A DNA stretch of 64,000 nucleotides from an uncultured Verrucomicrobiae bacterium (GTDB taxonomy: Bacteria; Verrucomicrobiota; Verrucomicrobiia; Limisphaerales; Palsa-1400). This document shows positions 57,126 through 64,000 of the stretch, piece after piece. The position numbers and the translations under genes were made by a program. The notes under the pieces are model-generated. The model worked only from the letters and a program-made list of their open reading frames with translations. It made no database searches and had not been told where the DNA came from. How positions within the stretch are numbered: the stretch's first letter is position 1; each line of letters starts with the position of its first letter. Where the stretch lies: the NCBI GenBank assembly GCA_963702845.1, contig OY969763.1, forward strand, positions 4,160,001-4,224,000, in the 5' to 3' direction.

Positions 57126-58150
57126 AAAAGCGAGCCGAATCCACACGCCATTTGTCTGAAAAGCGAGTCACACAAATACTCGCCGCCGCACCGCGCACGC
57201 GCGTCTTTGTTGTTGGCGACGTCATGCTCGACCAATTCGTCTGGGGCAAAGTCGCGCGCATTTCACCCGAAGCTCCCGTGCCGGTGGTTGAATTCGAACG
57301 CGAAAGTTTCATTCCCGGTGGCGCTGCCAACGTCGCGCGCAACCTGGCCGACCTGAAAGTTTGCACACAGATTCTCGGAGCAGTCGGTCACGACGATGCC
57401 GCCGCCAAATTAAAAGATTTGCTCCGCGCCGGCCACATTGGTTGCAGCGGATTGCTTTCATTTGACGGCCGCGCGACTAGCATCAAAACGCGTATCGTTG
57501 CTCATCGACAACAGGTCGTGCGCATTGATCGCGAAACCCGCAGCGACATCGACTCGAAGCTGACCGATAAATTGATTAGCACCCTCGAAGGCGACTTGAG
57601 AAAAGCCGACGCGCTCATCATCGGCGACTACGCCAAAGGCACCGTCACGCAACGTTTGCTCGAGGAAGCCAAGCGCATCTGCCGCGCGCGCGGCGTGTGG
57701 CTGAGCGTTGATCCCAAGCCGTCGCACAAATTGGACTTGAGCGGCGTTTCGTTGCTGACGCCAAATCGCAAAGAAGCTTTCGAACTCGCCGAAATGGTTG
57801 ATGACAACACAGGCGAAATTCCATCACGTGATCCGATTTTGCTGCGAGTCGCCGACAAACTTTTGCACGACCTGCACCCGGCGTTGCTGCTGATTACTTT
57901 GGGCGAACAAGGAATTTTGCTCTGCCAACGCGGCCAAAAACCATTTCACATCCCGACTGTCGCCCAGGAAGTGTTCGATGTTTCGGGTGCCGGCGACACG
58001 GTGATTGCGTCGTTTACGTTTGCCATCGCCGCAGGCGCATCGCCCATCGAAGCTGCCATATTCTCGAACCACGCCGCTGGTGTTGTTGTAGGAAAACTCG
58101 GCACGGCGACGGTGCAACCGGAAGAGTTGCTGGCCAGTTTTCAGTGGTAG
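57122..58150 (+). CDS. rfaE1: D-glycero-D-manno-heptose-7-phosphate kinase (HldE kinase domain, PfkB family)
   Basis: [43 protein letters not shown]. Confidence 0.92.
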   Translation: MKKRAESTRHLSEKRVTQILAAAPRTRVFVVGDVMLDQFVWGKVARISPEAPVPVVEFERESFIPGGAANVARNLADLKVCTQILGAVGHDDAAAKLKDLLRAGHIGCSGLLSFDGRATSIKTRIVAHRQQVVRIDRETRSDIDSKLTDKLISTLEGDLRKADALIIGDYAKGTVTQRLLEEAKRICRARGVWLSVDPKPSHKLDLSGVSLLTPNRKEAFELAEMVDDNTGEIPSRDPILLRVADKLLHDLHPALLLITLGEQGILLCQRGQKPFHIPTVAQEVFDVSGAGDTVIASFTFAIAAGASPIEAAIFSNHAAGVVVGKLGTATVQPEELLASFQW

Positions 58151-58162
58151 ATTGGAGCTTGT

Positions 58163-58941
58163 ATGAGCACGAGGAAGATCACTGCCGCTGACATTCAAGC
58201 GATGAAAGGCCGCGAACGCATCGCCGCTCTCACTGCTTACGATTATGCGATGGCGCGCCTGCTCGACGACGCAGGCATACCGCTACTGCTCGTGGGCGAT
58301 TCGCTCGGCATGGTTGTTCTCGGCTATCCGGACACGACGCACGTGACGCAGGCCGAAATGGAACACCACGTCCGCGCCGCCGCTCGTGCCAAGCCCAACG
58401 CGACTGCTCGCCGCCGACCTGCCGTATCGCAGTTACGAAACAGTTGAAGACGCAGTCAAAAACGCCAAAGCACTGGTCGCCGCAGGCGCTGAAGCAGTGA
58501 AGGCCGAAGGCGGTCGGAATATTCTGCCGCAAGTGAAAGCGATCATTGCCGCCGGCATCCCGTTCCTCGGCCATTTGGGAATGTTGCCACAACACGTGCT
58601 CGAAGAAGGCGGTTATCACATCAAAGGCAAACAGGAATCCGAACGCACCGATTTGCTGGCGGACGCCGAAAGCGTTGGCCGATGCGGGCGCGTTCGCGAT
58701 CGTGCTCGAACTCGTCACCGGCACAGTCGCCGCGGAGATTACGGCTCAAATTCCGATTCCAACAATCGGCATCGCTTCAGGCCGCAATTGTGATGGCGAA
58801 ATTTTGGTGACGACCGATCTGCTCGGCACGTCGCCCGACTACATTCCGAAGCACGCCAAAAACAACGCGCATCTGGGAGACCAGATGCGCATCGCGGTAA
58901 CAGACTGGAAGAACAGCGTTATCTCAGTGCCTCGAAAATAA
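58163..58941 (+). CDS. panB: 3-methyl-2-oxobutanoate hydroxymethyltransferase (frameshifted)
   Basis: LTAYDY, LLVGDSLGM, ADLP..SY, GHLG.LPQ, IPTIGI.SG..CDG. Confidence 0.93.
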
Positions 58942-59695
58942 GCCGAAGATTTTGCGGCTCATCGGCCGTTCCGATTCCAGTCGAGCAACTCGTTTCTGAA
59001 GACGTTCGGTGCGGCGCTCGGTTCTCGCCGCTGACACGATTCTTCAAAATGCGGCCACCGAGATATCCGGTCGCCAAACTCGCGGCGAGCGTGCGCATCG
59101 GATGCGAGTGAACATTGCGCGCGACCGCAGCATTAAGGTTCGTTCGCTGGCGGAGTTCTTGCGGTCGTGCGCCGAACTTCCGCGCGTGTATGTTCAAAGC
59201 GTTTGCGCAATTCTGCGGAGCTCTCGTGATGGTCGCCGTTATGTCTATGGGCCTTTTTTGTCTTTCACATCGACCTTCGGTGCATAGCGTTTGCCGGTCA
59301 GTTCGCGCATCGTATCGATGGTCTGCTGCGGCGCGAGGCTCTTCGCGCTAAACGCCTTGATGCCTTTCATCAGGAACGCCAACGCCAATGAGCGCAACGA
59401 GGATTCCCATGCCGCCGATTCCCACTGCATAGGAAAGACCGGGATCCCACCCGAGTTTCGTGAATCCATAACCCGCCACAACGCCAATGCCGAGAAAGAG
59501 CAACTCCGCACCGATTAACGCGACGATTCCGCCCGCCGCCGCATAGATGGCGTTGCGCATCATTTTGGAAACTTTTTCCATGATCTCCGTTTTGGCGAGC
59601 TGAACCTCCTCGCGGATTAGTCGCATGACCTCGTGTCGCCAATGGCCGAGCAGTCCGAAAAATGAACTTCTGTGGGTCGTTTCAGTGGTTTCCAT
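58919..59695 (-). CDS. Phage-holin-family (YqjE-like) membrane protein with C-terminal extension (frameshifted)
   Basis: RBS ccaggagg; LIREEVQLAKTE, two TMs, L.P.QT..T motif; 3' end uncertain. Confidence 0.6.
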
Positions 59696-59860
59696 AAAAA
59701 TCCTCCTGGACAAAACGTCACGCTAAAACTGGTCTTTTTCAAGGCAGGCCGACCTGAAAGAAAATCGGTAATTGCCCGATTACTGGAAAGGAATTTGCCC
59801 CATCGGTTTTTAAACAACGCAGGGTTTCGCGGGCGCGCTAAATTTGAACCGGGTGGAACC

Positions 59861-60892
59861 ATGACGGCAAAAAAACTTCTCGGTATCGGCAAGCAAACTT
59901 TCAAATGTTTCGGTGAAGACAAGGCGATGCGCCTCGCCTCTTCGCTCGCGTATTACGCTATTTTTTCGATCGGCCCGTTGATGTTCATCATGCTCATCAT
60001 CGCCGGGGCGATCTTCGGCGAGGACACGGTCAAACAGACATTGCATCAGCAAATCAGCAGCATGATGGGCGAGAAAGCCGGGAGCACAATTGAATCGATG
60101 ATGAACGCGCGCAAGATTGGTGGCAGCGCTGTCACGACGATTATTGGAATGGTGACGCTGGTGTTTGGCGCGACCGGGGTGTTCGGCGAGTTGCAGGATG
60201 CGTCTGAACACGATCTGGGGCGTGAAAGCCAAACCGAACGCCGGAATTTGGACTTATTTGCGCAATCGGTTTTTGTCGATGAGCATGGTGCTTGGTCTGG
60301 GTTTCTTGCTCCTGATTTCAATGGTGTTGACCACGGTGGCGTAGGCGGCATCAAATAGTGTTGAGCGCGCATGTTCCATGTTCCACAGGCGATGGTGTGC
60401 GGGTTTAAGCGCGTCGGTCAGTTTCGTTGTCGTCGCAATTTTCTTCGCGTTGCTCTTCAAGTATTTGCCTGACGTGAAGGTTCGATGGAGACCGATTTGG
60501 CTGGGCGCGATCGTGACAGCGGCCTTGTTCACTATTGGTAGATATTTTTTGAGCATGTATCTGGGCAAGCAGGCGACGAGTTCGAGCTATGGCGCTGCAG
60601 GTTCTGTCGTCGTGATATTGCTGTGGGTGTATTACGCGTCGGTGATAATGTTCCTTGGCGCGGAGTTCACGCAAGGCTTATGCGAACGAAACGGGAGGCG
60701 ATGCAACCGGACGAATACGCCGTGCGGACCGACCAGGACGCCAACGGCCAACCGAAACGCCGAGGGCAAGGTGAGCGCGAGAAGGTTGATGTTCGACCGG
60801 CAAGCTGTCGCACCAGTCGCGCCGATGGTTGCATTTGCTGTTGGCTTGGGCGCAGCGTTCGGGTTCCGGCGGCAAGCGCTAATTTGCTGTAG
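59861..60892 (+). CDS. YihY/BrkB-family membrane protein (frameshifted)
   Basis: A.SLAYYAIFSI.P, GATGVF.ELQ, LFKYLPD, YGAAGSVVVILLWVYY...GAEF; 3' end uncertain. Confidence 0.85.
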
Positions 60893-60923
60893 TTCTAGGC
60901 GACGGTTTAGTAAATGTTTGCGC

Positions 60924-62297
60924 GTGTCGCGACCACCGAAACTCGAAAAAATTTCATCCGTTGAAGCGCTGAAGTCCGCCCGCGAAACGCGCGGCCTGCT
61001 TGTTGCCGCAGGTGCATTGGACAAGCACTGCGGAATTTTTTCAAAGCTTATTTCCAGGTCGCACGGCTGCGGTCGATTGCTGACACGAAAACGTTCGATG
61101 TCGCAGGCCGGACCGTGCTTGCAAATCCTGCAAAAGAATGGCGTCAAATGCATTCAGCCGTACATCTTCACCGACCCAAAATTTTACGCCGCTTACAATT
61201 ATGTGGAGGAACTCGAACACGAGTTGAAGTCGCACGATGCGGTGCCGGTGGCCGTTGGCTCCGGCAGCATCAATGACGTGACAAAGCTCGCGTCGCACCA
61301 AAGTCGGCCGACAATACATGGCGGTCGGCACAGCTGCTTCGATGGACGGCTACACCGCTTCCGGCGCGTCGATCACTTACAAAGATTCCAAGCAGACATT
61401 CGGTTGTCCTGCTCCGTTGGCTGTTTTGGCTGACACAGAAATTCTTGCGCCGCGCGCCGCGCGAAATGACGGCCTCGGGTTACGCCGATCTTGTCGGCGA
61501 AACTGACTGCCGGCGCAGATTGGATCGTTGCCGATGCGCTCGGAATCGAAGCAATTGACACAACGGCTTGGCGATTGGCTCAAGCGGGTTTGCGCGATGC
61601 TTTGGGAAGTCCGGATGAAAATTTCGCGCGGCTGACGCTGCATGCGATTGGCGGTGTTGACCGAAGCATTCATGCTCGGTGGTTTCTCGATGCAATGGAG
61701 CAACACCAGCCGCCCGGCGTCTGGCGCGGAACATCAATTCAGCCATTTGTGGGACATGCAACATCACACCCACAAGGCAAAGCACCGTCGCACGGGTTCA
61801 AAGTCGGCGTGGCCACAGTGACAATCACTGCGCTATATGAATATTTGCTGACTCAACCGATCGAGAAATTGGACGTCGAGGGTTGTTGCGCGAAGTGGCC
61901 GAGTCTTGCGGAATTCGAAAAACAAATCCGCACACGTTACGCAGCGGAAAATTTTGTCGAAAAGTGGTGGAGGAATTTCGTGCGAAATATCCGACGCCTG
62001 AAATATCTGCGCGAGCGGTTGAACAAACTGCGTTCGCAGCCTGGCCGCAGATCCGCGAGGAAATCCGCCAGCAATTGATTCCTGCAGCAGCAGTTAAAAT
62101 CGATGCTGCAAAACGGTCGGCGCTCCAGTTGAACCGGAGCAAATCGGAATTACCGCGCACGCGTTTGCGCGACAGCTTCGTGCAGGCGTGGTATATTCGC
62201 CGACGATTTACCGTGCTCGACGTCATTTACCAAACGCAACTCGCTGACCAGTGTCTTGAACATTTGTTCGGCGCGAACGGCGCCCTTGCGCGCATGA
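60924..62297 (+). CDS. sn-glycerol-1-phosphate dehydrogenase (AraM/EgsA-like), multiply frameshifted
   Basis: VAVGSGSINDVTK, TAASMDGYT, K.TAGADW, ASGAEHQFSHLW (alternative frame), HG.KVGV. Confidence 0.8.
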
Positions 62298-63600
62298 ACC
62301 CGCAGACCGGAACATACGATTACTGCACCATCACCTGGGTCAACAACGAATTCCGCTACTGGCAACGCCGCATCCTCATCACTAGCCTGGTCGGTTACGC
62401 GTTTTTTTATCTCGTTCGCAAAAACATCAGCTTCGCGATGCCTGGCATCAAAGCACAACTCGGGCTGACCAAAGCTGATCTCGGACTTTTCCTCACGTTG
62501 CACGGCGTTGTATACGGACTTTCGAAATTTCTTAACGGGTTTGTCGCGGATCGAGTGAATGCCCGATGGTATATGGTCATCGGGCTTGTTCTTTCTGCGG
62601 CGATGAATATTTGTTTCGGGTTCGGCTCGGCCGCGGTGACGCTTGGGCGTTTTTTGGGTGCTCAATGGCTGGTTCCAAGGGATGGGTTTTCCACCGTGTG
62701 CGCGATTAATGACGCACTGGTTTTCGCCAAAACAACTCGCAACAAAAATGTCGATTTGGAACACGTCGCATTCGTTCGGCGCCGGGGCGGTGGCGATTTT
62801 TGCAGGGTATCTCGCGGCTTACGGATGGCGCTATATGTTTTTGGGTGCCCGGTGGACTGGCGATCGTAGCCGCAGATTGTGATGGCGTTCCGACTGCGCG
62901 ACACGCCGCAATTCGGTTGGTTTGCCGGAATTGCCCGACACGCACATCGCGGATGCCGGGCCGGAAGATACAAACCGATTTTAAACGATTCATTTGGCGT
63001 CAGGTCCTGACGAATCCCGGAATTTGGGTTTTTGCGGTCGCGAACTTTTTCGTCTACGTCCTGCGTTATTCGATTCTTGACTGGGGCCCGACTCTGCTGG
63101 CAGAAACGAAAGGCGTGAAACTACAGGAAAGCGGCTGGATGATTGCGGCGTTCGAAGCGTCTGGCGTGGCTGGAATGTTGTTGAGCGGTTGGATCACGGA
63201 CAGGGTTTTCGGCGGACGCGGGGCGCGCACGTGTGTGTTTTGCATGTTCATGGCATCGGTTTCTGCACTGGCATTTTGGTATGCCCCGTCTTCGACGCTC
63301 GTCAACGCGGTCTTGCTGGGATGCGCGGGATTTTTCATTTACGGTCCGCAAGCGCTGGTGGGCATTTGCGCTGCCAATCTCGCGACCAAAAAAGCCGCTG
63401 CAACGGCAGTTGGTTTCACAGGCGTCTTCGGTTACTTGAGCACGACGCTTTCCGGTTGGGGCCTCGGCAAATTGGTCGATTCGTTCGGATGGCACGCCGG
63501 TTTTCTCGCAATCATTGCATTCGGCATCGTCGGCACGGCAATCTTCGCTTTAGGCTGGAACCTGAAACCACACGGTTACGCAAACACGCCAACGCACTAG
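62294..63600 (+). CDS. OPA-family MFS sugar-phosphate transporter (GlpT/UhpC-like), frameshifted
   Basis: GYAFFYLVRKN, YGLSKF..G..AD, LNGWFQGMG.PP, WNTSH, GFFIYGPQ.L, A.TA.GF.G.FGY. Confidence 0.88.
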
Positions 63601-63647
63601 TTTTTCTTTTCGGAATCGCAGACAGGGTTCACAATGCGCCTGCCGCA

Positions 63648-64000
63648 ATGTTAAGCACGTTGCGCATCAAAAATCTTGCCCTGGTCAGCGACCTCACGCT
63701 GCACCTCCAGCCCGGCTACAACGTCATCACTGGTGAAACCGGCGCGGGGAAGTCGATCATCATCGGTGCGCTCAATCTAGTGCTTGGTCAACGCGCTGAT
63801 CGCGATGCGATTCGTGCCGGGGCGGATCAATGCTCGGTCGAAGCGGTGTTCGAAATCGGAAAGCGCAAAGTCGATCGATACACTGCTGGAGGATAACGGC
63901 GCGGAACCGTGCGCCGATGGCCAACTTATCATCAAACGAACGTTCAGCGCGGCTGGTTCGAATCGCCAGTTCATCAACGGTTCGCCCACCACTTTGCAAA
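63648..64000 (+). CDS. recN: DNA repair protein RecN (5' part, runs off the window)
   Basis: MLSTLRIKNLAL, ITGETGAGKSIII.AL.L.LG.RAD. Confidence 0.92.

Noticed and set aside
58919..59695. Prophage inferred from the holin-family gene
   Set aside because: This membrane family is common in non-phage contexts; no other phage genes nearby

Overview
Bacterial chromosomal window of moderately high GC. Gene content (TIGR02597-like domain, prepilin/H-X9-DG protein, DUF5069, 'FYRL'-ending secreted proteins) suggests Verrucomicrobiota; this is an inference. Housekeeping genes (mlaEFD, purD, parA, gyrBA, eda, fabG, thiG, heptose-7-P kinase, panB, recN) are mixed with secreted glycoside hydrolases, beta-propeller/TPR proteins, a DUF1778-GNAT toxin-antitoxin pair, a flavin-dependent halogenase-like gene and a glycerol-1-P dehydrogenase/GlpT-type permease pair. 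Many genes, including essential gyrB/gyrA, carry single-base indels, which looks like long-read assembly error rather than gene decay. No rRNA, tRNA, CRISPR array, transposase or integrase was seen. Best leads: (1) an in-frame TGA in a Cys cluster followed by a SECIS-like hairpin in a membrane coiled-coil protein, a candidate new selenoprotein; (2) a duplicated 53-bp promoter+hairpin element, one copy driving a boxA-containing ORF-free transcript with phased decamer repeats; (3) a second boxA leader upstream of the selenoprotein candidate; (4) three NrdR-box-like sites at 32-bp spacing upstream of gyrB; (5) a ~21-bp palindromic tandem array upstream of parA.
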